A DNA stretch of 53,782 nt, from the NCBI GenBank assembly GCA_026391215.1, contig JAPLDX010000041.1, positions 1 to 53,782 on the forward strand, written 5' to 3'. Below the pieces are notes generated by a model. That model was not told where the DNA came from and did not search any database. It worked only from the letters and a program-made list of their open reading frames with translations. Positions 31,342-41,983 of the stretch are shown here, one piece after another. Position 1 is the stretch's first letter. Each line of letters starts with the position of its first letter. The position numbers were made by a program, and so were the translations under genes. Source of the stretch: Bacteroidia bacterium (lineage in GTDB: Bacteria; Bacteroidota; Bacteroidia; Bacteroidales; VadinHA17).

Positions 31342-32766
31342 ATGTTGAAGAAGAGCCTCTATATTGACATTTTAGTCCTGATGCTTGCACCAGTCACAGT
31401 CCAGGCACAGCAACCCTCTGTATACCAGGTCAAAAGGATGTCATTCAATTCAGGACTGTTCAGCGAGATATCACCGGTAATGGTAAGGGATGGCATTGTT
31501 TTCTGCTCCGACCGTCGTACCAGCGGAGTAAAGGACAGAAAGAGCTTCGAAGGGCGCAGACTCTATACAATATTCATAACCCAAAGAAAAGACACTTCAG
31601 ACTGGCAGAAACCGGAAGAAATAAAAAGCGAAAGAAGCTTTCTCTTCAATAACGGTCCCCTCTGTTTTTCACCTGATGGCAAAACAGCCTATTTCACTAG
31701 TGAAGTAGAGACAGGTAAAGTGACAAAGAAAAAGAACTTTATAAACCACAGCGGGATATTTATTGCAGATCTTTCAGGAAAAGAACTTGTTAACCTCCGT
31801 CCGTTCCCTTATAATAATCTGCTGTACGAAGTAGGTCATCCTTCAGTCAGCAATGACGGGAGGTTCCTCTTTTTTGCTTCCGATATGCCTGGAGGACAGG
31901 GAGGATCGGATCTTTATTATTGCGAATGGCTGAACGGACAATGGGGTGCGCCAGTAAATCTGGGATCAAAAGTTAATTCATCCGCTTCAGAAAACTATCC
32001 TTTCATGCATCCTTCGGGAAGATTATATTTTTCGTCAAATCGCCCCGGCGGGAAAGGACGTATGGATGTTTATTACATTATGCTGACACTTGGAAGCTGG
32101 GACACTCCTTCACTTGTTCCGGAGCCGATAAACTCGCCGTCTGATGATTTTGCCTTCGTGGCTGATGAGAACCTTCAAACAGGTTATTTCTCGTCAAACC
32201 GCGGCAGAAGTGATGATATTTACCAGTTTGCTTCTACAATAATAAGGAAATCATCATGTGATACACTTATTGAAAACAATTACTGCTACGAATTCCTTGA
32301 AGAGAACGCAGTAAAGTGGGATACTCTTCCTTTTCGCTATGAGTGGAAATTCGGCGACGGTGGAAGAGGAATCGGTTCGACTGTCGAGCATTGTTATCCC
32401 GGTCCGGGTCAGTATCTTGTGCAGCTTGATGTGGTCAACCTCATCACCAAGGAAGTCATGTACAATGAGAAAACCTATAATTTGCTGATCACAGATGTTG
32501 AACAGCCGTATATTTCATCGCCTGAGCAGGGCGTTGTTGGACAAAGGATGAGGCTCAGCGCCGACAGTACAAATCTGCCGGGCTGGAATATCGACAGGTA
32601 TTACTGGAATTTCGGAGATGAGACAATAGCAATTGGCAAGGAAGTTGATAAGACGTACATAAGACCCGGGACTTATAACATTCAGATGATTGTATCGACT
32701 GTAGCGGAACCGGGCGGTGTTGTGAGAGAAGCGTGCATCTGTAAAAATATTATAATAATACGCTGA
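31342..32766 (+). CDS. Secreted PD40 beta-propeller + two PKD-like domains
   Basis: Signal peptide; PD40 repeats (FFASDMPGGQGGSDLY, PVNLGSKVNS, YFSSNRPGGKGRMDVY, GYFSSNR..SDDIY); PKD motifs YEWKFGDG..H.YPGPG.Y.V.L and YYWNFGD..Y.RPGTY. Confidence 0.85.
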   Translation: MLKKSLYIDILVLMLAPVTVQAQQPSVYQVKRMSFNSGLFSEISPVMVRDGIVFCSDRRTSGVKDRKSFEGRRLYTIFITQRKDTSDWQKPEEIKSERSFLFNNGPLCFSPDGKTAYFTSEVETGKVTKKKNFINHSGIFIADLSGKELVNLRPFPYNNLLYEVGHPSVSNDGRFLFFASDMPGGQGGSDLYYCEWLNGQWGAPVNLGSKVNSSASENYPFMHPSGRLYFSSNRPGGKGRMDVYYIMLTLGSWDTPSLVPEPINSPSDDFAFVADENLQTGYFSSNRGRSDDIYQFASTIIRKSSCDTLIENNYCYEFLEENAVKWDTLPFRYEWKFGDGGRGIGSTVEHCYPGPGQYLVQLDVVNLITKEVMYNEKTYNLLITDVEQPYISSPEQGVVGQRMRLSADSTNLPGWNIDRYYWNFGDETIAIGKEVDKTYIRPGTYNIQMIVSTVAEPGGVVREACICKNIIIIR

Positions 32767-32799
32767 TCCCGGAAATGAAAATGCTAATTTTGAAGCTTG

Positions 32800-33798
32800 A
32801 TGAAACTGAATAAAACAATATATACTCTGATCCTTTCTTTCTGCCTGTCAGGATTTTTTATCAGCCCGGAATTATCCGGGCAGCCGGTACCAGGCAAAGA
32901 TGAGAACATAACATTCCTGTGCACTTTCGGGAAAATGGGTGAAATTTCGTGGGGAGACGATGATTTTTACAATGTCTGGTTTTTTGCCATCCCAAGGGAT
33001 TTTAATCAGCAGTTCTATATTCGGGTATTTGATCCGGATACAGGTGGAGAGAATGATGAAATACAGGGTGAGTTCAATACAAGATGTATGTTTTCAGTAT
33101 ATGGAGGAAAGGGTGTTGATCCTGACAGAAATGAGGAATCGAAGGGGCTGCTGAACACAAAGAATTATAAGGGAGGCAACCTGCTGGCTTCAAGGGTTTT
33201 CGGCAGCGAACCCAGGTATGACAACAAATATTTCTCTTTCGGGCCGTTCAATCCCAGCGCTGGTGATTTCAATTCAAAATGGGGCTATATTTTTAAGATT
33301 GTCTGTGAAGGAATAAGCGGAGATGATGGTAATCTTTACCGTTTTTTTCTGAGCCGCGATCCTGAAAATAATATTCCCATTGAAGGCGCCAATGCATTTA
33401 CATATGAATATACATTCAGGATGTGGAACGATTTCAAAAGCGTTGCTCATATTTATCCGTATGTTGATACAGGTGTGGTATATATAAAGTTGAGTAATTT
33501 TGACTGGGACAGGGACGGACATATCCTTGTTGTTTCAAGGTATAAACAGGGTATTGATGCCCCGATCTCCAATGAGGCTGACTGGGCCGAAACAAGAATT
33601 GCAATTGAACCTCAAGAGGTAGGATCTTCACTCGACTTTCAGTTTCATAAGAGACAGGGAGAACTGGTGAAAAATAATAATGTTGTGGTTACCCTTGAAA
33701 ACCAGAGAGGTGATGCCCTGCAGTTCTTCAGTTCACCGATAGGCGGAGTGCCGGTTTACCAGACAAGCATAGCAATCAGGAAAATAAAGCCTAAATAA
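32800..33798 (+). CDS. Hypothetical secreted protein
   Basis: 333-aa ORF (TTG 32797 or ATG 32800) with signal peptide, beta-rich sequence and acidic Gly motifs WGDDDF, DPDTGGEND, DWDRDG; in operon context. Confidence 0.8.
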   Translation: MKLNKTIYTLILSFCLSGFFISPELSGQPVPGKDENITFLCTFGKMGEISWGDDDFYNVWFFAIPRDFNQQFYIRVFDPDTGGENDEIQGEFNTRCMFSVYGGKGVDPDRNEESKGLLNTKNYKGGNLLASRVFGSEPRYDNKYFSFGPFNPSAGDFNSKWGYIFKIVCEGISGDDGNLYRFFLSRDPENNIPIEGANAFTYEYTFRMWNDFKSVAHIYPYVDTGVVYIKLSNFDWDRDGHILVVSRYKQGIDAPISNEADWAETRIAIEPQEVGSSLDFQFHKRQGELVKNNNVVVTLENQRGDALQFFSSPIGGVPVYQTSIAIRKIKPK

Positions 33799-33814
33799 AT
33801 AACCTGAAGCTTTT

Positions 33815-36800
33815 ATGAGATTCAGACCATACACGAAGATCTTAGTCACCGCCGGGTGCTTTTTTTTATTCTCATGCCTGAGCTATGGTCAGACCTACAG
33901 GTTCAAAAATTATGGACCGGACAGCAATATCCCGAACAGTTTCATTTATACACTTAACCAGGACCATAACGGATATCTCTGGGTTGGTACCGGAGCAGGA
34001 CTAGCAAAATTTGACGGTTTCGACTTTCATAATATCATATTTCCCGATTCCTCAGTTGGCCGCTATCCTACAACAAGCCTCAGGGACATGAAGGGGATCC
34101 TGTGGTTTGGATGTAATGATGGGGCAGTTTATTATACCCTGGAAAACAGCCTGAGATCCCTTGATATATCCAATACCAGACAAATTATTGCTCTCCTGGA
34201 AGGACCGGATGGATTAATTTATATAATCCCGCAGGGAGGATCAATATTCAGGATAGATCCCGGAAAGCCTGAAAAAGTAACAACTATTGATATACCCGAA
34301 GATCTTGTTATTTTCTCAGCATCGTTTACTCAATCAGGCGACATTCTGTTAGGTACACAGGAGAACATTCAGAAATGCCGGATTGACAACGAATCACTGA
34401 CTGTTCTGGGCTCCGTTGAGGGATTTGATTATTCCAGCATTCTCGTAATTCATAAATTAAAGGAGAAGGACAACTATATAATAGGAACGGACGGCAACGG
34501 ACTATTCCATCTTGTTCTATCAGAGGGTGGAGATATACTGACACGCTTCAGCGGTCATCCTGAACTCGATTACCTGACCGTTCAGTCAATAAGCATGGAT
34601 TCCGATAATTATCTCTGGATATCAACAAATGAAACCGGAATAATACAAATACTGCTCTCTGCAGAAGGTAAAACAATAGAGTCTATCAGATTCTTCAATG
34701 AGGATTCCGGACTTCAGGGTAACAATGTAAAGCTGGTATTCCAGGATATTGAAGGAAATTACTGGATCGGGTTATTCGGTGACGGACTTTCCCTGCTTAA
34801 TTCCTATGCTTTCAGTTTTTATTCGCTCGGCCTCACACCTGGAACAAATGATATAATTTATGTTAACAAGCTTAATGATGATTATTTCCTTGGGACACCA
34901 ACAGGTTTCTACCTGTTTGACTTAAACAACAACAAGGTGAAATCGTTCACTAACCTTTTAAATAGTACTGGGAAAAATGGAATATCATCATATTTTGTTG
35001 ATCCTGAGGGAAATATCTGGATCGGAACCTCAGGAGGAGGCCTTTTTGTAAGAAATGCCTCCGGAAACTTAAGACAGTTTTACCGCACAGGCGATTCAGG
35101 GAAAGATTATGTAACAGATATCGTCGTCGATAGGAAATATATCTGGATGGGAACACTTAACGGTGTTGAATTGCTTGACAGAAACACCAGATCAATATTA
35201 AGTGAATTTAATATTAACAACGGCTTGCCGCATAACAGTATTAATAAGCTCTTCCTTACAAGGGAAGGGAACGTGGCAGTTGCAACAAAAACCGACAGGT
35301 TGTACCTAATAAATCCTGTAGCAGGCATAAAATCAGGAAAGGCAATATTGTACGGAACTGTCATGAATGAGATTACATCGTTCTGTCAGAGCAGTGATGG
35401 AAGTATTTGGGCAGCAACCAAGGGGAACGGTGTTTTTGAGTTTTACGGTGATTCTGTAAGATCCTTTTCAAGATCCGATCTGCTGATGTCGGATTATTGC
35501 TACAGCATACTGGTTGATTCCATTAACAGAATATGGGTAGGACATGATGCGGGTTTCTCAAGATATAACCGTAACAACAGGATAATGAGAACCTATGGAA
35601 CCGATTTTGCAAGGGGAGGCAAATGCAATCCGGGAGGGATGTATGAATCACCTGATGGCAAAGTCCTGATAGGTACAAACCAGGGACTGATAATCTACGA
35701 CAGGCTGAAGGATAAGAGAATTAATACGGCTCCTTTTAATAATGTTAATTATTTAACAATAAATGATATAAGGTATCCCTACAGACCTTCCTATTCGTTC
35801 CCATACAGCAAGAGATACAGTGTACGGGTACATTATGTCGGGATTAACTTCAGCGATCCGGATAAGGTGTATTACCAGACAAGGCTTGTCAATTATGACA
35901 ATGACTGGTCAAAAGTGACGACTGAACGGGAAGTCCCTTATTCTCTGAGTGACGGCCGGTATAAGTTCAACCTTATTTCAGTCAATGAAAGCGGATTATC
36001 ACAGGATACACCAATAACTTTTGACATAAGCATCAAAAAGCCATTCTGGAGAACCTGGTGGTTCATCCTCTTATCAATTGCGGCAATAACAGGGATAATA
36101 ATTCTTATTATCAGGGAGCGTGAAAAATCCCATAAGAAGATACAGGCATACCTTGAGAGAGAACTTGACGCAAGAACCGCAGTGGTGGTAAAACAGAAGA
36201 CCGAAATCGAGCTTCAGAATATTGAAATCACTGACAGCATTAACTATGCAAAAAGGATTCAGACAAGCATATTGCCTGATTTTAACAAGCTGAAGGAAAC
36301 ATTCAGAGAGGCATTTATACTGTTCCGTCCGCGTGATATTGTAAGCGGTGACTTTTACTGGTTTGAAAAGTTTGATGATGAAAAATTCATTCTTGTATGC
36401 GCTGACTCAACGGGTCATGGAGTTCCTGGCGCTTTCATGTCAATGATAGGGTCAACTCTTTTACAGGATATAGTATCAAGACAGAGAATATCACAACCTT
36501 CCCAGGTGCTGGCCATGCTTGATAAACAGATCTTTTCAACCCTTAACCAGAATGTAGAGCTGGGTGTATCAAATGACGGCATGGACCTGGTGATAATTGA
36601 AATAAATGTAAAAACAAGGTACATAAGATTTGCATCTGCAATGCGTCCGGTAATTCTTGTTTTGGGTGGAGAGCCTTATTATGTTAAAGGTAACAGGCTT
36701 TCGGTAGGAGGGGAATCTGTTATTGAAAAATACTATGATGACCAGGAATATTACCTGGGCGAGGGTGATACAATATACCTGTTCTCTGACGGTCTTCCAG

Positions 36801-36979
36801 ATCAGTTTGGAGGCACCGACGGGAAAAAGATGAAAATAGCCAGATTAAAGAAGCTCATAGAAGATGTCGGAGATCTGTCAATGGATGGTCAGAAAGAAGT
36901 GATTACTAAATTCTATGATGAATGGAAAGGTATTCATGACCAGGTAGATGATATCCTGCTTATCGGAATCAGGCTTTAA
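33815..36979 (+). CDS. Membrane sensor phosphatase: two-component-regulator beta-propellers + Y_Y_Y domain + TM + SpoIIE/PP2C
   Basis: Repeated D..G.LW.GT..GL propeller motifs, YQTRL..YD..W...G.YKF Y_Y_Y, PFWRTWWF TM, PP2C motifs DIVSGDFYW, ADSTGHGVPGAFMS, DGMD, FSDG..DQFGG, DDIL. Confidence 0.92.
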   Translation: MRFRPYTKILVTAGCFFLFSCLSYGQTYRFKNYGPDSNIPNSFIYTLNQDHNGYLWVGTGAGLAKFDGFDFHNIIFPDSSVGRYPTTSLRDMKGILWFGCNDGAVYYTLENSLRSLDISNTRQIIALLEGPDGLIYIIPQGGSIFRIDPGKPEKVTTIDIPEDLVIFSASFTQSGDILLGTQENIQKCRIDNESLTVLGSVEGFDYSSILVIHKLKEKDNYIIGTDGNGLFHLVLSEGGDILTRFSGHPELDYLTVQSISMDSDNYLWISTNETGIIQILLSAEGKTIESIRFFNEDSGLQGNNVKLVFQDIEGNYWIGLFGDGLSLLNSYAFSFYSLGLTPGTNDIIYVNKLNDDYFLGTPTGFYLFDLNNNKVKSFTNLLNSTGKNGISSYFVDPEGNIWIGTSGGGLFVRNASGNLRQFYRTGDSGKDYVTDIVVDRKYIWMGTLNGVELLDRNTRSILSEFNINNGLPHNSINKLFLTREGNVAVATKTDRLYLINPVAGIKSGKAILYGTVMNEITSFCQSSDGSIWAATKGNGVFEFYGDSVRSFSRSDLLMSDYCYSILVDSINRIWVGHDAGFSRYNRNNRIMRTYGTDFARGGKCNPGGMYESPDGKVLIGTNQGLIIYDRLKDKRINTAPFNNVNYLTINDIRYPYRPSYSFPYSKRYSVRVHYVGINFSDPDKVYYQTRLVNYDNDWSKVTTEREVPYSLSDGRYKFNLISVNESGLSQDTPITFDISIKKPFWRTWWFILLSIAAITGIIILIIREREKSHKKIQAYLERELDARTAVVVKQKTEIELQNIEITDSINYAKRIQTSILPDFNKLKETFREAFILFRPRDIVSGDFYWFEKFDDEKFILVCADSTGHGVPGAFMSMIGSTLLQDIVSRQRISQPSQVLAMLDKQIFSTLNQNVELGVSNDGMDLVIIEINVKTRYIRFASAMRPVILVLGGEPYYVKGNRLSVGGESVIEKYYDDQEYYLGEGDTIYLFSDGLPDQFGGTDGKKMKIARLKKLIEDVGDLSMDGQKEVITKFYDEWKGIHDQVDDILLIGIRL

Positions 36980-36990
36980 TTCAATTTCTG

Positions 36991-37506
36991 TCAATAAATA
37001 CCATTAACGGACAGCTGGATCTCAGTTGTTGCTGCTGTATTGCTGAAGTTTTCAGCCCGGTCCTTCAGGTAAAAATCATACATGATTGTGTCATTATGCT
37101 CTTTCTCATAGAAAAGATAAATAAAGGTAACGGCTATAGTTCCTTTCAGGATCTTATTCTGACCTTCTCTTTCCATGAAGGGTATCCTGTATGAAGAGGG
37201 CTTAATCGGATCATTATCCGGGACCTGGGTTATAACTCCGTCAGTTTTCCTGTAAAGGGTAAAGAATAGATTTGTGGTATCAAGTCCGGTCTCTTCCGGT
37301 GACTCCATTCCCACGTTCCCATCGCCGTCTTCAAAATAAAATTTAAGTCTTCCTCCCTTACAGTCATTTCCGAGAATATCAGTAGTATCAAAGACAGTAA
37401 AGTTCCTGAATTCAATGGATGGCTCAGGGGGCAGGTGCTGTATCTTGGTGCAGGATGCTGATACTGCTAAAATTATAAGTGGCATTAAGAACCTGACTGT
37501 TCTCAT
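36991..37506 (-). CDS. Conserved-looking hypothetical lipoprotein
   Basis: Lipobox SASC after a hydrophobic signal; FEDGDGNVG motif; last gene of the rluB-era-der run. Confidence 0.75.
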   Translation of the reverse strand: MRTVRFLMPLIILAVSASCTKIQHLPPEPSIEFRNFTVFDTTDILGNDCKGGRLKFYFEDGDGNVGMESPEETGLDTTNLFFTLYRKTDGVITQVPDNDPIKPSSYRIPFMEREGQNKILKGTIAVTFIYLFYEKEHNDTIMYDFYLKDRAENFSNTAATTEIQLSVNGIY

Positions 37507-37556
37507 GATTTCCCGTATAATATCCTGTTTTTACACAAAAACCACACCAAATTTGG

Positions 37557-38861
37557 TTATTTTTTTCTGAAAAACACTCTTACTGGTATCCCTGTAAAAT
37601 CAAAATTCTCCCTGATCCTGTTCTCAATGAACCTTCTATAGGGCTCTTTTATATATTGCGGAAGGTTGCAGAATAATGCAAATGAGGGAGTCCTTCCCGG
37701 CAGCTGGGTTATATATTTTATTTTTACATACTTGCCTTTCAGCGCGGGAGGAGGAGTGTTCCTGATAATTTCAAGCATAACCTCATTCAGTTCAGATGTC
37801 GGGACCTTCCTGTTCCTGTTGGTGTTAACAGTTTCAATCACATCAAGTACCTTGTGTATACGCTGCTTGTTGATTGCAGAAATAAACAGGATATCATAGT
37901 CAATGAACGGAGCCGTCTTGCTTTTTATTTCCTTTTCCAGCAGTTTTGAAGTATTGGTATCTTTTTCAACAAGATCCCATTTATTGACAAGTATTATCAA
38001 TCCCTTGTTGTTCTTCAGGATAAGCGACATTATATTCAGGTCCTGCGATTCAATTCCCCTTGTTCCGTCAATCAGAAGAAGGCAGATATCTGAATTTTCT
38101 ATTGTCCTTACTGCCCTCATCACAGAATAAAACTCAATGTCCTCTCTGACTTTTGATTTCTTTCTCAGTCCTGCAGTATCAACAAGGAAAAAATCGTGAT
38201 GGTATTTATTATACCTCGTAAAAATTGAGTCGCGGGTCGTTCCCGGCAGAGGGGTGACAATATTTCTTTCTTCACCGAGAAGAGAGTTGACAAGCGACGA
38301 CTTGCCCACATTTGGCCTTCCTACAATAGCTATGCGGGGGAGCTCTGGTAAAATATCAGGAGCCGGTCCCGGAAGATTCTTCACAACGGCATCAAGGAGA
38401 TCGCCGGTACCGCTTCCGTTAATAGAGCTGACGTTGAAAAAATCACCAAGACCAAGAGCGTAAAACTCACTGGCATCAAACAATCTTTCGGCATTATCGA
38501 CCTTATTTACTACCAGGATAACCTTCTTCCCTGATTTTCTCAGGAGTCCTGCAACAGAGTTATCGAGCTCATGAATGCCTGTTGTGACGTCAACCATGAA
38601 GAGGATAAGATCAGATTCTTCAATTGCCAGCAGGACCTGCTTGTTGATCTCCTCCTCAAAGATATCATCGGAATTCATTACATAACCGCCGGTATCGATT
38701 ACAGAAAAATCAATGCCGTTCCAGTTGCAGATGCCATAGTTGCGGTCGCGTGTGACGCCGCTCACCTCATCAACAATTGCTTCTCTCGATTCAACCAACC
38801 TGTTGAACAATGTTGATTTTCCAACATTCGGTCTTCCTATTATTGCTACTATTCTGCTCAT
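37557..38861 (-). CDS. der: Ribosome biogenesis GTPase Der (EngA)
   Basis: Two G domains (GRPNVGKS twice, DTGG/DTAG, NKVD/NKWD) and a KH-like C-terminus. Confidence 0.98.
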   Translation of the reverse strand: MSRIVAIIGRPNVGKSTLFNRLVESREAIVDEVSGVTRDRNYGICNWNGIDFSVIDTGGYVMNSDDIFEEEINKQVLLAIEESDLILFMVDVTTGIHELDNSVAGLLRKSGKKVILVVNKVDNAERLFDASEFYALGLGDFFNVSSINGSGTGDLLDAVVKNLPGPAPDILPELPRIAIVGRPNVGKSSLVNSLLGEERNIVTPLPGTTRDSIFTRYNKYHHDFFLVDTAGLRKKSKVREDIEFYSVMRAVRTIENSDICLLLIDGTRGIESQDLNIMSLILKNNKGLIILVNKWDLVEKDTNTSKLLEKEIKSKTAPFIDYDILFISAINKQRIHKVLDVIETVNTNRNRKVPTSELNEVMLEIIRNTPPPALKGKYVKIKYITQLPGRTPSFALFCNLPQYIKEPYRRFIENRIRENFDFTGIPVRVFFRKK

Positions 38862-38872
38862 TTCATGGTGGA

Positions 38873-39751
38873 TCAGCGGTATCCGAATCTTTTAAGCATT
38901 GCAGGCTTATCGCGCCAGTCTTTCGCCACCTTCACGTACAATTCGAGAAATATCTTTTTTCCGAAAAAACTTTCCATATCATGCCTTGCCTCTGTACCTA
39001 CTTTTTTAAGCATTGCCCCTTTGTGTCCTATCAGAATTCCTTTCTGACTTTCACGTATAACATGGATCAAAGCCCTGATCCTGATTATATTTGATTCGTC
39101 CTTAAAGCTTTCAATTTCTATTTCAACGGAATAAGGAACCTCTTTCTTATAATTTTTCAGGATTTTTTCCCGCAGGATCTCTGAAGCAAAAAATCGTTCG
39201 TATTTATCAGTAAGCTGATCTTTGGGGAAATATGGCTCGCCCTCGGGCAGCTTGCTGAGTATTGCATTCAAAAGGGTATCAAGGTTGAATCTCTTGAGTG
39301 CCGAAACAGGTATTACCGGCGATCCCGGAAAAGATTCTTTCCATGATGAGGTTATTTTTTCAAGCTCCTCCTGATCTGAAAGATCAATTTTATTAACGGT
39401 AATAATTACAGGAATGCCTGACTCTTTAATCTTTTCGGTATATTGCTTTTCAGCAGATGGTTTTTCTTTAACATCTGTAACATAAAGGATTATATCTGCA
39501 TCGGTCATGGCAGATTTTACAAAGCTCATCATGGCTTCCTGGAGCTTGTACTGAGGGTCTATTATACCCGGCGTATCGGAATATACTATTTGAAAATCAT
39601 CACCGTTAACGATCCCCATGATACGGTGACGCGTGGTTTGTGCCTTTGATGTGATTATTGAAAGCTTCTCCCCGACGAGAGCATTCATTAAAGTTGATTT
39701 TCCGACATTGGGATTACCAAGTATATTGACAAAACCTGACCTGTGATTCAT
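38873..39751 (-). CDS. era: GTPase Era
   Basis: [23 protein letters not shown] domain [11 protein letters not shown]. Confidence 0.98.
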   Translation of the reverse strand: MNHRSGFVNILGNPNVGKSTLMNALVGEKLSIITSKAQTTRHRIMGIVNGDDFQIVYSDTPGIIDPQYKLQEAMMSFVKSAMTDADIILYVTDVKEKPSAEKQYTEKIKESGIPVIITVNKIDLSDQEELEKITSSWKESFPGSPVIPVSALKRFNLDTLLNAILSKLPEGEPYFPKDQLTDKYERFFASEILREKILKNYKKEVPYSVEIEIESFKDESNIIRIRALIHVIRESQKGILIGHKGAMLKKVGTEARHDMESFFGKKIFLELYVKVAKDWRDKPAMLKRFGYR

Positions 39752-39760
39752 AATGTGCTG

Positions 39761-40507
39761 TTAATAAATGCCCCGTTTTAGCATTGATATCTCCTTCTGA
39801 TTCAGGAACCTCCATTTACCCCTTTGCAGGTTTTTCTTTGTAAGCCCTGCAAAATATACCCTGTCAAGCTTTTTGACCTTGTAGCCAAGCGACTCAAACA
39901 TTCTTCTGACAACCCTGTTCTGTCCTGAGTGAAGCTCAATCCCGATCTGTGTCCGGTCTTCAGAATCAGCATAGGAGACTGCATCTGCAACCACAAGCTC
40001 CTCGTCAATCCTGATACCTTCTGAAAGACGGTAAAGATCATCAGGCGATACCTTTTTATCAAGAAAGACATGATATATTTTCCTTCGCTTGTATTTCGGA
40101 TGAGTTAGCTTACCTGTAAGATCACCGTCATTAGTCAGGAGAAGGACTCCCGTGGTGGACTTATCCAGTCTTCCGACCGGGTAGACTCTTTCCCTGCAGG
40201 CATCTCCGATAAGGTCAAGGACTGTGAACTCAGCATGCGGATCCTCAACTGTTGTAACATAACCTTTAGGTTTATTCATCAGGATATATACCTTTTTCTC
40301 CGCAGACAGGCTTTTCCCTTTGTATTTTACTTCATCATTATATGTGACTTTTGTTCCAAGGTCTGTAACCTTTTTTCCGTTAATGGTAATAAATCCCTGC
40401 CGGATGAGCTCATCAGCCTCCCTTCGGGAGCAGACCCCGCTGTTGGCAATAAACCTGTTAAGCCTTATCAGTTCAGGTTCTTTTTTTCCAGTTCTGTTGT
40501 CGTTCAT
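39761..40507 (-). CDS. rluB: rRNA pseudouridine synthase, RsuA/RluB family
   Basis: S4 domain RLNRFIANSGVCSRREAD; catalytic GRLDKSTTGVLLLTNDG; GQNRVVRRM. Confidence 0.85.
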   Translation of the reverse strand: MNDNRTGKKEPELIRLNRFIANSGVCSRREADELIRQGFITINGKKVTDLGTKVTYNDEVKYKGKSLSAEKKVYILMNKPKGYVTTVEDPHAEFTVLDLIGDACRERVYPVGRLDKSTTGVLLLTNDGDLTGKLTHPKYKRRKIYHVFLDKKVSPDDLYRLSEGIRIDEELVVADAVSYADSEDRTQIGIELHSGQNRVVRRMFESLGYKVKKLDRVYFAGLTKKNLQRGKWRFLNQKEISMLKRGIY

Positions 40508-40527
40508 TTTACCATTTTAACAGGCTG

Positions 40528-40535
40528 CAAAGGTA
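40528..40535 (-). promoter_or_regulatory. -7 box (TACCTTTG, minus strand) for the rluB-era-der operon
   Basis: CAAAGGTA on the plus strand, 20 nt from the ATG. Confidence 0.6.
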
Positions 40536-40600
40536 CGATTATTTGGCAATCTATATTTTGATGTTTTTTTCGCACCTTTGTGGTTCTGATAAAGAGTTAA

Positions 40601-41983
40601 ATGACTTTAATTAAATCAATTTCAGGCATAAGAGGAACGATCGGCGGTAAGCCAGGCGAGAGTCTGACCCCGGTCGATATAATAAAGTTCACTGCTGCTT
40701 TCGGTGCGCGCATAAAAATAAGAAACGCCGGGAGACCGGTATCTGTTGTAGTAGGCCGTGATGCCAGGAAATCAGGACCTATGGTCAGCAGTCTGGTAAT
40801 AACCACTTTACGAAGCATGGGTATAAATGTCACTGACCTTGGGCTGGCAACTACTCCGACGGTTGAGCTGGCAGTGACAGGTACGGGAGCAAGCGGTGGC
40901 ATCATTATAACGGCAAGCCATAATCCGGCACAATGGAATGCTTTGAAGCTCCTGAATGAAAAGGGAGAATTCCTTTCTGCCGCTGACGGTGAAGAGGTGT
41001 TGAAGATGGCAGCATCAGAGAAGTTTGAGTTTGTTCCATCAGGCAATGAGGGATCACTTATTAATGATGATTCATGGAATCAAAGACATATTGACCAGGT
41101 GCTTGCTCTCGATGTTGTAGATACCGATGCAATAAGGAAAGCCAGGCTTACCGTTGCCATCGATTGTATCAATTCAGTGGGCGGTATAATTGTTCCTCAG
41201 CTGCTGAAAGCACTGGGTGTGGAAAAAGTGACCGGACTGAATCTTATCCCTGACGGGAATTTTGCTCATAATCCGGAACCTCTTCCTGAGAATCTTACTG
41301 AGATCTCTGATCATGTCAAAAGGGAAAAAGCTGATCTCGGCTTTGTTGTTGATCCTGATGTTGACAGGCTGGCAGTTATCTGTGAGGATGGCTCTATGTT
41401 CGGAGAAGAATACACTCTTGTTGCAGTTTCCGATTATATCCTCAGCAGCACTCCGGGCAGTACAGTTTCAAATGTATCCTCTACAAGAGCATTGAAGGAT
41501 ATAACGGAAAAACATGGCTGCAGCTATTTTTCATCTGCCGTGGGAGAGGTAAATGTGGTTGAGGAGATGAAAAAAAGAAGATCAGTTATCGGAGGTGAAG
41601 GGAACGGAGGAGTTATTTATCCTGCCCTGCACTATGGACGTGATGCACTTGCAGGCATAGCTCTTTTCCTTTCACATCTTTCAAAAAGCAGGATGAAATG
41701 TTCCGGCCTCCGGAGACTATATCCAGACTACATAATTGCAAAAAAGAAACTGGCGCTTGATCCGGGCAGAGATTTCAATCTTATTCTTGATGCTGTCAGA
41801 AAAGAGTTCAGTGATAAGGAGATAGATGAAAGGGATGGAATGAGAATTGAATATCCTTTCGGGTGGGTTCAGATCCGGAAGTCGAACACAGAGCCCATAA
41901 TGAGGATATATGCCGAGGGAAGAACGCTGCAGGAGGCGGAGGATATGGCAGGAAAGATCATTTTAATTGTTAATAAACTCTAA
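40601..41983 (+). CDS. glmM: Phosphoglucosamine mutase / phosphohexomutase
   Basis: SISGIRG, ITASHNP phosphoserine loop, DPDVDR metal loop, GEGNGG, RKSNTEP. Confidence 0.88.
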   Translation: MTLIKSISGIRGTIGGKPGESLTPVDIIKFTAAFGARIKIRNAGRPVSVVVGRDARKSGPMVSSLVITTLRSMGINVTDLGLATTPTVELAVTGTGASGGIIITASHNPAQWNALKLLNEKGEFLSAADGEEVLKMAASEKFEFVPSGNEGSLINDDSWNQRHIDQVLALDVVDTDAIRKARLTVAIDCINSVGGIIVPQLLKALGVEKVTGLNLIPDGNFAHNPEPLPENLTEISDHVKREKADLGFVVDPDVDRLAVICEDGSMFGEEYTLVAVSDYILSSTPGSTVSNVSSTRALKDITEKHGCSYFSSAVGEVNVVEEMKKRRSVIGGEGNGGVIYPALHYGRDALAGIALFLSHLSKSRMKCSGLRRLYPDYIIAKKKLALDPGRDFNLILDAVRKEFSDKEIDERDGMRIEYPFGWVQIRKSNTEPIMRIYAEGRTLQEAEDMAGKIILIVNKL

